Shown here: piece by piece, positions 1-9,610 of the stretch | Numbering within the stretch: the stretch's first letter is position 1 | Layout of the letters: each line of letters opens with the position of its first letter | From: Deltaproteobacteria bacterium | GTDB lineage: Bacteria; Myxococcota_A; UBA9160; SMWR01 | NCBI GenBank assembly: GCA_032128115.1 | Contig: JAQBHB010000093.1 | Location: 96,001 to 160,000 of the forward strand | Reading direction: 5' to 3' | DNA: 64,000 nucleotides | Program-made: the position numbers and the translations under genes | Notes under the pieces: model-generated | The model's database searches: none | The model's input: only the letters and a program-made list of their open reading frames with translations | What the model was told of the DNA's origin: nothing

Positions 1-429
1 CCCCTCCCGGTAGCGCTCGAAGGAGAGCGTGTCGATCCACAGCGGTCGGCCCCGGTGGAACTGCACGTTGTAGGCGCTGGCATCCTTGAGGGTCATATCG
101 AAGCGCAGCGCCAGCTGTTGCACCTGCAGGGTGGCCAGTGCAGCATCCTGAAGCTGGCTGAACGACCACTCGTAGGGGTACGACACGAAATCCACGCGCT
201 CGGGTCGCAGGATGCGGTGGGCTTCGCCCCGGGAGGCGGGCTCCCCTCGGGCTTCTTCGTGGGGGATCAGGAGATTTCGTTCCGTGAGCTCCCGGTACAG
301 GCCGGATTCGACCAGGTGGTCGTAGTCGGGGGCGTATCGGGGGTTCACCTGGCGGTGAAGGATCCCGTCCCGCTCGAAGACGAAGCCGCTGGGGTCTCGG
401 AAGGAGGAGCCGAGGGGCTCGTCAGCCAT
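1..429 (-). CDS. NoeA-like protein (kinase-like N-terminal domain; family usually carries a C-terminal SAM methyltransferase), partial, runs off the window start
   Basis: Not in the ORF track. My translation from ATG 429 reads MADEPLGSSFRDPSGFVFERDG...FVSYPYEWSFSQLQDAALATL...LKDASAYNVQFHRGRPLWIDTLSFERY and stays open to base 1. SFRDPSG, SYPYEWSF and LKDASAYN are motifs I recognise from NoeA-like proteins. The start overlaps the upstream gene's stop (ATGGCTGA). Confidence 0.85.
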   Translation of the reverse strand, partial: MADEPLGSSFRDPSGFVFERDGILHRQVNPRYAPDYDHLVESGLYRELTERNLLIPHEEARGEPASRGEAHRILRPERVDFVSYPYEWSFSQLQDAALATLQVQQLALRFDMTLKDASAYNVQFHRGRPLWIDTLSFERYREG

Positions 430-709
430 CGTTGCGACGTGCACCCTTCTCGTCGTGGGAGGCTCTCTCGTCGTGGGCGGGCATCTGGGCGGGTCGGAAG
501 AACTTCACGATCCTCTTCCAGTACGCGTTGAGGGCCACCACCGCGCCCGCGATCATCGCCACCAGGGCCTGCAGGATGAAGCTCCCCGCGCCAGGATCCA
601 CATAGGCGAGGCGGAGCGCGGTTGCATCCAGTGTTGCAGCCGAGGCGGCGAGCCCCGTGGATGCCACCAGGGCCAGGGCGAGGACCAGAGGGCGTCGGCA
701 GCGCGGCAT
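422..709 (-). CDS. Small membrane protein with AYVDPGAGS motif, TM helix and basic tail
   Basis: MPRCRRPLVLALALVASTGLAASAA...AYVDPGAGSFILQALVAMIAGAVVALNAYWKRIVKFF. Overlaps the NoeA-like start. The YxDPGxGSxxxQ pattern is a recurrent small-protein motif. Confidence 0.75.
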   Translation of the reverse strand: MPRCRRPLVLALALVASTGLAASAATLDATALRLAYVDPGAGSFILQALVAMIAGAVVALNAYWKRIVKFFRPAQMPAHDERASHDEKGARRNDG

Positions 710-810
710 GGAGTTCCTCGGATGGGTCGCGAATGCCCCCGTGGGCCCCATTGTGCCATTCTCCCCATCCCGCTTTCAACCGCGGCGCGCGGCGGGGGGT
801 AGGGTTGTGG

Positions 811-2676
811 GTGCCATTGGACGCCGAAGCCACCTCCCACGGCGACCCGGTCCGCCGGGCGATCGATGTGCTCGGCCCCCTCGGCCTGGTGGCGCTGTTC
901 GCAGCGCTGGCAGCCTGGAGCTGGGGCAAGTGGACCGATGTCCAGATCGATTTCGGTACCGAACTCTACCTGCCGTGGCGGATCAGCCTGGGCGATGCCC
1001 TCTATCGCGATCTCGCATCGCGCAATGGGCCCCTGTCTCATCATCTGAACGCGCTGTGGTTCCTGCTCTTCGGGGTCTCGTTGCGGACGCTGGTGTTCGC
1101 CAACCTCGCGATTCTCGCGGCGATCTCCGCCATGACCTGGGCGATCTTCCGAAGCGCTTGCGGTGCGGCGACCGCGACCGGGGTGTGCGCCGTCCTGCTG
1201 ACCGTTTTTGGCTTCTCCCAGTATGTGGCCATCGGCAATTACAACTATGTGACGCCCTATCAGCACGCCCAGACCCACGGTCTGGCGTTGTCGATCGCGA
1301 TGCTGCTGGCCCTGGCCCGGTACCTTCGGAGCCGTCGCCTCGGGTGGATGGCACTCGCCGGGGCGTGTCTCGGTCTGGTGCTTCTCACCAAGGCGGAGAT
1401 CGCGGTGGCCGCGGTTTCGGCTGCCGTGGTGGGCGGGGTGTGCGTCGGCGTGTCGGAGCCGCGCGATCCGAAGCGGTGGGCGAAGCTCGCGCTCGCGTTC
1501 GCCGGCGCTGCCTGCGTTCCTCCGCTGCTTGCTTTTGCCTGGCTCGCGGCGTGCATGCCGCCGGACATGGCCCGCGTCGGCGTTCTCGGTAACTGGGCCT
1601 ACCTGGACGTCGACCTGGTGAGGGATCATTTCTACGTGCACGGCGCGGGCTTCGATCGGCTGGGTGCGAACCTGGCGCGGGCGCTGGGCATGGGTCTCGC
1701 GATCGGCGCACTTCCAGCGGCGGCGTGGGCCGTGGAGCGCACCGCACCACCCGGTCGCTGGCGGACTCCGGCCGCGCTGGTCGCGGCAGGTCTCGGCTAC
1801 GGCATCCTGGCGGCCCCGGGGGTGGTGCCCTGGCTGCAGGTGCCTCGGGGCCTGCCCGTCACGACACTTGCCATCGGCACCGCGGTGGCCTCGATCTGTT
1901 GGCAACGGCGAGGCGACCGGGAAGCCGTGGCGCAGTGGGGGCCGCTGGTGCTGTGGTCGGTCTTCGCCCTGGTGCTGCTGGGCAAGATGATCCTGCGCGC
2001 CCGCATCCACCAATACGGTTTCGCGCTGGCGATGCCCGCGACCCTGCTGCTGGTGGCGGCCCTGGTCCGCCTGCTTCCCGCCTGGTCCCGCGCGCGCTTG
2101 CGCGGCGGCTTGTTCAGTCTGGCGCTGGGACTCGCGGGGGTGGCGGCGGGGGTTGGTTTCTACCTGCAGCGATCGAACGACTTCTACGCGCACAAGGACT
2201 TCGCGGTGGGAAGCGGCGGCGATCGCCTCCTGGTAGAGCCGGCGCCGGTGAACGCCCGCGGGCCGCGGGTGGCCGAGACGCTTGCGCGCCTGGGGGAGGT
2301 CGCCCCGGTCGGCTCGAGTCTTCTGGTTCTGCCTGAGGGGCTGATCCTCAACTATTGGCTTCGACTTGAAAATCCAGCCCGGTATGGTCTCTTTCTTCCA
2401 ACCGAAATCGCTGCCGCGGGGGGCGGCGTCGCCATGTTGGATGACGTGCGCGCGGCCGCCCCCGACACCATCGTGTTGATGCACCGGGATCTCGCCGAGT
2501 TCGGGACACCGGCGTTCGGAAAAGCGTTGAGCAGTGGCCTCGAAATATTCGAGTGGGTGCAGGCCCACTACGAACGCACGCTGCTCATCGGCCCGCCGCC
2601 GTTCGGCGATAGCTTCGGCATCGAGATCCTCCGCCGCCGCGCGGGCTCGGGCGGACCTTCCTCAGGGCTCGACTGA
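811..2676 (+). CDS. GT-C fold polytopic membrane glycosyltransferase (ArnT/PMT-like)
   Basis: Many TM segments, first-loop motif IDFGTELYLPWRISLGDALYRD...GPL, LTKAE, and a periplasmic C-terminal domain. Start taken at GTG 811 (ORF open from 622). Confidence 0.7.
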   Translation: MPLDAEATSHGDPVRRAIDVLGPLGLVALFAALAAWSWGKWTDVQIDFGTELYLPWRISLGDALYRDLASRNGPLSHHLNALWFLLFGVSLRTLVFANLAILAAISAMTWAIFRSACGAATATGVCAVLLTVFGFSQYVAIGNYNYVTPYQHAQTHGLALSIAMLLALARYLRSRRLGWMALAGACLGLVLLTKAEIAVAAVSAAVVGGVCVGVSEPRDPKRWAKLALAFAGAACVPPLLAFAWLAACMPPDMARVGVLGNWAYLDVDLVRDHFYVHGAGFDRLGANLARALGMGLAIGALPAAAWAVERTAPPGRWRTPAALVAAGLGYGILAAPGVVPWLQVPRGLPVTTLAIGTAVASICWQRRGDREAVAQWGPLVLWSVFALVLLGKMILRARIHQYGFALAMPATLLLVAALVRLLPAWSRARLRGGLFSLALGLAGVAAGVGFYLQRSNDFYAHKDFAVGSGGDRLLVEPAPVNARGPRVAETLARLGEVAPVGSSLLVLPEGLILNYWLRLENPARYGLFLPTEIAAAGGGVAMLDDVRAAAPDTIVLMHRDLAEFGTPAFGKALSSGLEIFEWVQAHYERTLLIGPPPFGDSFGIEILRRRAGSGGPSSGLD

Positions 2677-4065
2677 CGCCGCGTTCCGGTAGAGCGCCCA
2701 GTGGAATCCGGAGATCGCGGCGTGCGGGAACTCCGCCACCAGCGTGTAGAGGTGGCCCCGATCGTCGCGGATGCTCTCCGGCACCCGGGCCGGGTTCTCG
2801 AGCGCATGCCGGATCACCCATTCGGGTCCTCCCGGCGGCCGCTGCTCGGCCGTGCGGTAGTCCAGACGTCGGTTCGCCGGGAGCTCGCGCGCGTAGAAGC
2901 GCAGAACCGTTCCGTTTCGGAAGTCGTGGTCACTCGAGACCACGATCGCGGGCGAATCCGTCTCCCGCGCCATCCGCAACAGCGCCTCGCGATACCCGCC
3001 GCGCCCGTACTCGAGGAAGCCCCGGATGTGGACGGCGTTGCCCGCCAGGAAACCCGCCAGGAGCACCAGACTCGCGATTCGCCGCGCCCCTCCCCGCCGG
3101 TACAGGTCGCCAAGCAGGAAGGCCGAGAGCAGCAGCAACAAAGCGAGCGAGATCAGGAAGTAGCGGACGGCCACCACCTCGGGTCGCAGGCTGAGCATCA
3201 CCGCGACGGGCGCGATCCCGATGGCGATCGCGTACAGGATCCAGCTGTCGTCGCGCTGGCGTCGCAGCTGGCGGATCCCGAGCGCGAGAAGGCTCGCTCC
3301 CAGGCAGGCGTACGCGAAGCCCAGGTCGCGGCTCACCCGAAGCCCCAGGCCGAAGCCGAACGTGCGCGCCAGGACCTGGTCGGCGACTGCGGGAGGGCCT
3401 CCGCCCACGGTCATCGTGTGCAGGTCGACGGCGTACAGCGCCGCCAACCCCACCAGCGGCAGGACGTGGAGCGCGGCCAGGGCCCTCACGGCGCCGGGGC
3501 GTTGCCCCAGTTGTCGCCACGACCAGACCACCGCACCCGCGTAGAAGAAGCCGAAGGCCAGGTGCGACAGGAATCCCAGAAGGGCGCTGACCGCGAACAG
3601 GGCGCGGCACCCGGGCCGGTCGCGTTCGAGGGCCCAGAGGCAGATCAGCGCGAAGAACACAGCGTACGCGTAACCGCGTGCCTCGGAGGAGAAATGCACC
3701 AGGGCGAACGACCCGGCCGCGAGCCAGGCCGCGAATACCGCCTCCGGGCGGCCCTTCCGCCAGGCGATGGCCGCCGCCAGGCCCACGCTGGCCACGCCGG
3801 CCGCGAACGCGGGCACCCGGTACCACCACCAGTCCACATGCTCGCCCAGGGCGTAGTAGATCAGGGTGTTCAGATGGTGGTTGTTCGACTGGTGGATCCG
3901 CGTGAACACCTGCAGCGGCGAGTCCAACATGCGCATGCTGGACCAGGTCCAGATCTCGTCCAGCCAGAAGTCGCCGAAGACCGGGGGCCATCGCACCGCG
4001 GCAGCAACCGCCACCGCGGCGAGGCAAAGCGCCAGGGCGAGCCGCGACCGGGTTGTTTCGCTCAC
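2662..4065 (-). CDS. GT-C fold glycosyltransferase (GT39/PMT-like)
   Basis: FWLDEIWT after TM1, NNHHLNT, YRVPAF, FSSEARGYA, multiple TM helices. GTGA overlap with the upstream gene. Confidence 0.8.
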   Translation of the reverse strand: MSETTRSRLALALCLAAVAVAAAVRWPPVFGDFWLDEIWTWSSMRMLDSPLQVFTRIHQSNNHHLNTLIYYALGEHVDWWWYRVPAFAAGVASVGLAAAIAWRKGRPEAVFAAWLAAGSFALVHFSSEARGYAYAVFFALICLWALERDRPGCRALFAVSALLGFLSHLAFGFFYAGAVVWSWRQLGQRPGAVRALAALHVLPLVGLAALYAVDLHTMTVGGGPPAVADQVLARTFGFGLGLRVSRDLGFAYACLGASLLALGIRQLRRQRDDSWILYAIAIGIAPVAVMLSLRPEVVAVRYFLISLALLLLLSAFLLGDLYRRGGARRIASLVLLAGFLAGNAVHIRGFLEYGRGGYREALLRMARETDSPAIVVSSDHDFRNGTVLRFYARELPANRRLDYRTAEQRPPGGPEWVIRHALENPARVPESIRDDRGHLYTLVAEFPHAAISGFHWALYRNAASVEP

Positions 4066-5579
4066 CGCCGCCTCTCATGGATCACCACGCCCTCGTAATC
4101 GCTCACACTTTCGAAGTGGTGGATCCGGATGTCCTCGCGGTTGCCCCAGGCGATGTCCGGAGCCGCGAGGACGTGGCGGTCGTAGACGTCGGGAGACAGG
4201 GATTCCAGCAGGATCTGTCGCACCCGTCTCTCCTCCCGGGTGTGGGCGTGGCGGCGCAGGATCAACCACTCGGCGTTCGCGGCCGGCGTGAGATCTTCTC
4301 CGGTGAGACCGCCCACGACCCGGAGATCGGTGTAGAACTTCACGGGGAGATCGCCATAGGTGATCGCCAGCGTATCGCCGGGCCGCGCGTGTTGGCGCAG
4401 GAATTCGACGATCCCCTCGATGGGACCGTCGTAGTCGTGGCTGAGCTCGTGGAGATAGGGAAACAGATTGCCGCAGACGGCCACCCAGAGGACGATCAGC
4501 GCAGCGCCCAGGAGCCGCGAGCGGCGGATCACGGCGCCCACTGCAAGCCCCGCCAGCAACAGAAGAGGCGGCGCCAGGGGTGCCAGGTAGCGCACGTAGG
4601 CGCCCGGGCTGGTGAGTGACAGGGCGGCCACGGTGACACCGCAGTAGAGCACCAGCAGCCACACGCCGCTTCGGGTGGCGCCGTCGGGGCCAGCTGCAGG
4701 TCTGCGGGCGATGGCGCGCCAGAGCAGGATTCCTGGCGGCACCAACAGGAACAGCGGGTGCAGGAAATCCGAGAGCGCGAGGCGCAGGTAGCGTCGCGCG
4801 TAGCGCAACGAACTGGCCGGATCCAGCAGGCGATCCGCGTAGTTCGCATGGTAGTTCCCGCTCCCGAACCACACGATCCAGGGCGCGTTGACCGCTGCGG
4901 TGGCGATCGCCGCGATCAGCGTATCCCTGAATCGGCTGCGCTCGAAAATCGCAGCGTGGATCAGCAGGGCTGCAAGTGTAGTCGCCGCGTACAGGTAGTG
5001 GCTGTGGAAGAGCAGGGTGGCGGCGATCCCCAACAGGACGATCGGCTTGCGCGAGCCCGGCGTCAAACGCGTGTAGGCGTGCAGGGCCAGCAGCGAGAAG
5101 AAGGCCGCCGCCAGATACCAGCGAGACTGTCGGGCCAGGAGCAGGAAGGGCACGCAGAGCGCCAACAGGATCGCCGCGGCCAGCGCCGAGCCGCGGTCGC
5201 GCCACAGGGCCAGGCCCGTGAAATACGTGAGCAGCACGCTGGCGATGCCCAGGAGCGCGAAGGGCAGTCGCGCCGCACCGGCGCTCTCTCCGAACAGGGC
5301 GAACGACGACGCCACCAGATAGAAGGACAACCACGGATGCCACTTCCAGATGCCGTCGTCGCCGTACTCCGCCCCGAGTTCCTGGGAGAAGGAGTTGCGG
5401 CCATCGCTGCCCAGGGGAATTCCGTTCTCCAGGGTCGAGCGTGCCAGGAGTGCCGTCTGGGCCTCGTCCTGCCACAGGTAGCGGTTGCCCAGACCGGGGA
5501 GCAGGAGCGCCGCCGCCAGCAGCAGCAACAGCATCACTTGGATTGGTTCGACGCCTCGAAGGGCCTGGCTGAGACGCAA
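4062..5579 (-). CDS. ArnT/GT39-family GT-C glycosyltransferase
   Basis: LWQDEAQT loop, HPWLSFYL, AARLPFAL, ARQSRWY, VRYL. Polytopic membrane protein. Confidence 0.8.
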   Translation of the reverse strand: MRLSQALRGVEPIQVMLLLLLAAALLLPGLGNRYLWQDEAQTALLARSTLENGIPLGSDGRNSFSQELGAEYGDDGIWKWHPWLSFYLVASSFALFGESAGAARLPFALLGIASVLLTYFTGLALWRDRGSALAAAILLALCVPFLLLARQSRWYLAAAFFSLLALHAYTRLTPGSRKPIVLLGIAATLLFHSHYLYAATTLAALLIHAAIFERSRFRDTLIAAIATAAVNAPWIVWFGSGNYHANYADRLLDPASSLRYARRYLRLALSDFLHPLFLLVPPGILLWRAIARRPAAGPDGATRSGVWLLVLYCGVTVAALSLTSPGAYVRYLAPLAPPLLLLAGLAVGAVIRRSRLLGAALIVLWVAVCGNLFPYLHELSHDYDGPIEGIVEFLRQHARPGDTLAITYGDLPVKFYTDLRVVGGLTGEDLTPAANAEWLILRRHAHTREERRVRQILLESLSPDVYDRHVLAAPDIAWGNREDIRIHHFESVSDYEGVVIHERRR

Positions 5580-5722
5580 CGGTCACCCCGCCACGCGGGT
5601 CCCGGAAGTGGGCGCCGCGCGAGGATAGCGAGGCCCGCGCGGGCCCGACGCGTGTCGGGTTCGCGGCGCTATGAGGTACCGTGCTTCGCTGCACAGGATC
5701 CAGAACGGGAGGGCGCCGGGCG

Positions 5723-8065
5723 ATGAAGCCGGGTAGATTGGGAGGCGGGCAGGCGATCCGGATCCTCGCTCCGACCGGCCTCTTCCTGCTGGCGTTCGGG
5801 ATTCGCGCCCTTCCCTGGCGCGCGGTGCTGGACGGGAGCCAGACCCACCTGTTCGGCAACGACGCTTTCTACCACTTGCGCCGCATCGCCTACTCGGTTC
5901 AGAACTTTCCCGACATCCTCGAGTTTGATCTCTACATCAATTTTCCGGACGGGGCAGTTCCAATCTGGACTCCGTATCTGGATTGGATGATTGCCGGGAT
6001 CATGGTCGCGGTGGGGATCCGGGACATGGAGGTGGTGGAGCGCGCGGCAGTCTGGCTGCCGCCGCTCCTGGGTGCGTTCACGGTCCTGACCCTGTATCGG
6101 GTCGCCCGCCGCCACTTCGGAGGGGCGACGGCCGCGGGGGCCGGCCTGATCCTGAGCCTGCTTTCCGCCCACTTCTGGTATTCGCAGATCGGTTTCGTCG
6201 ACCACCACGCCGCGGTGGCGTTGGCGTCCACGCTGATTCTGGGCGCGGGCATGGCCCTGGTGTCGCAAGACGGAGCGTCCGGGTCCGGATGGGGGAGCGG
6301 CTGGCCCGCCGCCATGGCCACTGGAGTGGCCCTGGGGGTCAGTCTGCTGGTGTGGCCGGGAAGCCTGCTTCACGTCGTGCTGGCTGAGACTGGCTTCCTG
6401 GGATTCCTGCTCAGCCGCCGCGATCGCGCGGGCGCGGACGGATTCGCGCTGCGATGGATGGTTGCCAACGCGGTGGCGCTTGGGGTGGTGCTTCCCGCGT
6501 CCCTGTCCAGCCATTGGCCCCAGTGGGGCCGTTTCAGTCCGGTGGTCCTCACGGGCTTCCAACCGTGGCTGTTCGGTGTGCTGCTGGTGTTCGGCGGGAT
6601 CTGCACGGGCCTTTGGCGCTCCCGGGTCGCCGGCTCGGGGCTCGCACGCCGGGCGGGCACCGGGCTGGCTGTTGGCGTGGCATTGCTCGCCGTCAGCGCA
6701 TGGCTTCTTCCCGAGCTGGGGACCGGCGCCGAAGACGCCTGGCGTTGGATCGCCAAGCGCGAGAACTTCCAGGTGCGAGTGGCCGAATCCCAGCCCCTGT
6801 TGTTCCAGGGCGGCCACTTCGTGGGCGACGTGGCGTCGTCGCGCTTGTCGTACTTCGTTTTCGTGTTCCCGCTGGCCCTGGGGATCGCCGCCCGTTCCGC
6901 GCGCCGCGAGGGCGCGCCGCTGGGATTGTTCGTGTGGTGGTCGGCCGGGCTGTTCCTGGTGACGCTGGTACAGAAGCGCTTCTTCAACTCTTTCTCGGTA
7001 TCCCTGGCCCTGATGATGGCCTGGAGTGTGCGTTGGGCTCTGGCGGCACTTCCCGAGCCCTGGCGCAGCGATCCGACCCGATGGAATGCGGTCCGGGTGG
7101 CTGCGTGCGCGATCGTGGCGGCGTGTCTGTTTCCCACGCTCGCCAGCTACCGGCCCTACCTGGTGAATCAATGGCGCCTCGTGGGAGACGAAAATCTCCA
7201 GCTCGAGAATTCCTCGGCGCTACGGCGAGCCAGCGAGCAGGCGGCGCGCTGGCTGGAACGCTACTCCGTGAAGACCTCGGGCTGGCTGGACGAGCGCGTT
7301 CCGGAATACGGGGTGCTGGCCCCCTGGCCCATCGGCCACGTGATCGAATACCGGGGCCGGCGTCCCACGGTCACGGACAACTTCGGCGACGACATCGGGG
7401 AGGAGAATTTCGAGAAGGCCAGGCGTTACTACCTGGCGGACGAGGAGGCGGCCTCTGAGATCCTGGAAGAGCTGGGTGTGCGGTACGTCTTCGCCCAGTC
7501 TGCCGCAAACTTCCTGGGCGAGGAGCCGGGCCGCTACTCCATGTTCCACGGCCTGTATGAACTCGATGGGATCGGTTTCGATCCCCCGGAAGACGATTCC
7601 GCACAGGGGCGCGTCAAGCCCCTTGCGCGGCACCGCCTGATCTACGAGTCCAGCCACCTGGCCCAGATGGGCCCGGGCAAGCCGGCCAGCTTCAAGATCT
7701 TCGAGTTCGTGGGCGGCGCCCAGATCGTTGGCACGGCGGCCCCGGGGGCCCTGGTGCGGGCAAGCGTTCCGCTTCGCACCAACCGCAAGCGAGACCTGTT
7801 GTACGCAACGTCGACGCGGGCCGACGCACGCGGGCGCTACGTGCTCCGGGTTCCCTACGCCAACGAGGGAGGGCCCATGGCGACCCAGGTAGGCCCGGTC
7901 TACCAGCTCGAGTGCGAGGGTCAGATGAAGACCGCGATCATCTCGGAGGCCAAGGTCAAACGGGGCGGAAGCGTCCGGGGGCCACGCCTGTGCCGGCGCC
8001 CGGGTCGCAGCTCCGACGATGCGCCGGAGCGCGAATCGAGTCGCGCCGGGCCGGCGCTGCTATAG
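5723..8065 (+). CDS. STT3/AglB-like oligosaccharyltransferase (archaeal-type architecture)
   Basis: FGNDAFYHLRRI, NFPDG, GFVDHH, VAESQPL, QKRFF, YGVLAPWPIGH at the WWDYG position, and an AglB-like C-terminal beta domain (KIFEFVGGA...ADARGRYVLRVPY). Confidence 0.85.
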   Translation: MKPGRLGGGQAIRILAPTGLFLLAFGIRALPWRAVLDGSQTHLFGNDAFYHLRRIAYSVQNFPDILEFDLYINFPDGAVPIWTPYLDWMIAGIMVAVGIRDMEVVERAAVWLPPLLGAFTVLTLYRVARRHFGGATAAGAGLILSLLSAHFWYSQIGFVDHHAAVALASTLILGAGMALVSQDGASGSGWGSGWPAAMATGVALGVSLLVWPGSLLHVVLAETGFLGFLLSRRDRAGADGFALRWMVANAVALGVVLPASLSSHWPQWGRFSPVVLTGFQPWLFGVLLVFGGICTGLWRSRVAGSGLARRAGTGLAVGVALLAVSAWLLPELGTGAEDAWRWIAKRENFQVRVAESQPLLFQGGHFVGDVASSRLSYFVFVFPLALGIAARSARREGAPLGLFVWWSAGLFLVTLVQKRFFNSFSVSLALMMAWSVRWALAALPEPWRSDPTRWNAVRVAACAIVAACLFPTLASYRPYLVNQWRLVGDENLQLENSSALRRASEQAARWLERYSVKTSGWLDERVPEYGVLAPWPIGHVIEYRGRRPTVTDNFGDDIGEENFEKARRYYLADEEAASEILEELGVRYVFAQSAANFLGEEPGRYSMFHGLYELDGIGFDPPEDDSAQGRVKPLARHRLIYESSHLAQMGPGKPASFKIFEFVGGAQIVGTAAPGALVRASVPLRTNRKRDLLYATSTRADARGRYVLRVPYANEGGPMATQVGPVYQLECEGQMKTAIISEAKVKRGGSVRGPRLCRRPGRSSDDAPERESSRAGPALL

Positions 8066-8073
8066 GTACGGCC

Positions 8074-9474
8074 ATGGCGGAAGCAAGCTTCGATCTCATC
8101 GTGGTAGGGGGAGGTCCCGGCGGCTACACGGCGGCCATACGCGCCAGCCAGCTCGGCATGAATACCGCGCTCGTGGAGCGGGAGCATCTGGGCGGGATCT
8201 GCCTGAACTGGGGCTGTATCCCCACCAAGGCGTTGTTGCATGCTTCGGAGATTCGTCACCTGCTGGGGCGGCTTTCCGAGTTCGGATTCGAAGCCGGGGA
8301 GGTGACGTTCGCACTCGACAAGGTGGTGGCGCGTTCGCGAAAGGTGGCGAAGCGACTCAACGGGGGCGTCAAGCACCTGATGAAGAAGAACGGGATCCGC
8401 GTTTTCGACGGCCAGGGCCGTCTGGCGGGTTCGGGACTTTCGGTAACGGCATCCGATGGGAGCACGACGGAGCTGCAGGCGCCTCATCGCGTGCTCGCGA
8501 CCGGAGCCCGCGCACGAATCCTGCCCGGGCTCGAGCCCGATGGGGAACGGATCTGGACGTACAAGGAGGCGATGGTCCCCGACGTGATGCCGGAACGCCT
8601 GCTGGTGGTGGGCTCTGGGGCCATTGGTATCGAGTTCGCGAGCTTCTACCGCGACATGGGGTCAGAAGTCACCGTAGTGGAGATCCTGCCGCGAATCCTG
8701 CCGGCCGAAGACGAGGAGATCGCCGGGCTGGCACGCAAGTCGTTCGAACGAGAGGGAATCAGCATCCACACCGGCGCGCGGGTGGTCTCGACGACGCCCT
8801 CGGGCGATGGGGTGAGGGCCGTCCTCGAGCTCGCGGACGGCACCTCCCAGGAACTGGAAGTGGACCGGGTGATCTCCGCCGTTGGAATCGTGGGCAACAC
8901 CGAGGACCTGGGCCTTGCGGGGACCGGGGTACAGGTGGACCGGGATCACGTGGTGGTCGACGAGTGGCAGCGGACCGGAGAGGCCGGCGTCTACGCCATC
9001 GGGGATCTGGTGGGCCCTCCCTGGCTGGCGCACAAGGCGAGCCACGAGGGCGTGCTTTGCGTCGAAAAGATCGCCGGGGTGGAGGGCGTGCACCCGCTCG
9101 ATCGCAGCCTGATCCCCGGCTGCACCTACTGCCGGCCGCAGGTCGCCAGTGTCGGACTCAGCGAGGAGAAGGCCCGCGAGGAGGGCTACGAATTGAAGGT
9201 GGGTCGGTTCCCGTTCATCGCGAACGGAAAGGCGCTGGCCCTGGGCGAAAGCGAAGGCCTCGTCAAGACGATCTTCGATGCGCGCACCGGCGAGCTGCTG
9301 GGAGCCCACCTGTTCGGCGCCGATGTGACCGAGTTGATCCAGGGTTATGTGATCGCCCGCACGCTGGAAACCACCGAGGCTGAACTCATGCGCGCGGTGT
9401 TTCCGCATCCGACCCTCTCCGAGGCCATGCACGAGTCGGTGCTCGACGCCTGGGATCGGGCCCTCAACAGCTGA
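8074..9474 (+). CDS. lpdA: Dihydrolipoyl dehydrogenase
   Basis: GGGPGGY FAD motif, GGICLNWGCIPTK redox disulfide, GSGAIGIE, LAHKASHEG, HPTLSE. Confidence 0.97.
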   Translation: MAEASFDLIVVGGGPGGYTAAIRASQLGMNTALVEREHLGGICLNWGCIPTKALLHASEIRHLLGRLSEFGFEAGEVTFALDKVVARSRKVAKRLNGGVKHLMKKNGIRVFDGQGRLAGSGLSVTASDGSTTELQAPHRVLATGARARILPGLEPDGERIWTYKEAMVPDVMPERLLVVGSGAIGIEFASFYRDMGSEVTVVEILPRILPAEDEEIAGLARKSFEREGISIHTGARVVSTTPSGDGVRAVLELADGTSQELEVDRVISAVGIVGNTEDLGLAGTGVQVDRDHVVVDEWQRTGEAGVYAIGDLVGPPWLAHKASHEGVLCVEKIAGVEGVHPLDRSLIPGCTYCRPQVASVGLSEEKAREEGYELKVGRFPFIANGKALALGESEGLVKTIFDARTGELLGAHLFGADVTELIQGYVIARTLETTEAELMRAVFPHPTLSEAMHESVLDAWDRALNS

Positions 9475-9610
9475 CCCGCACCCGGTCCCTCCTGCTCCTG
9501 GGCTCCGGTACGGGGTCCTGTTATGGGGTCCGGAAGCGGCCAGTCTTTCGTGGAGGCGAGGGAATACTCTCCGCGAGGCCCGGGAGTCCGGGAGCGTGAA
9601 GGAGGTTCCC

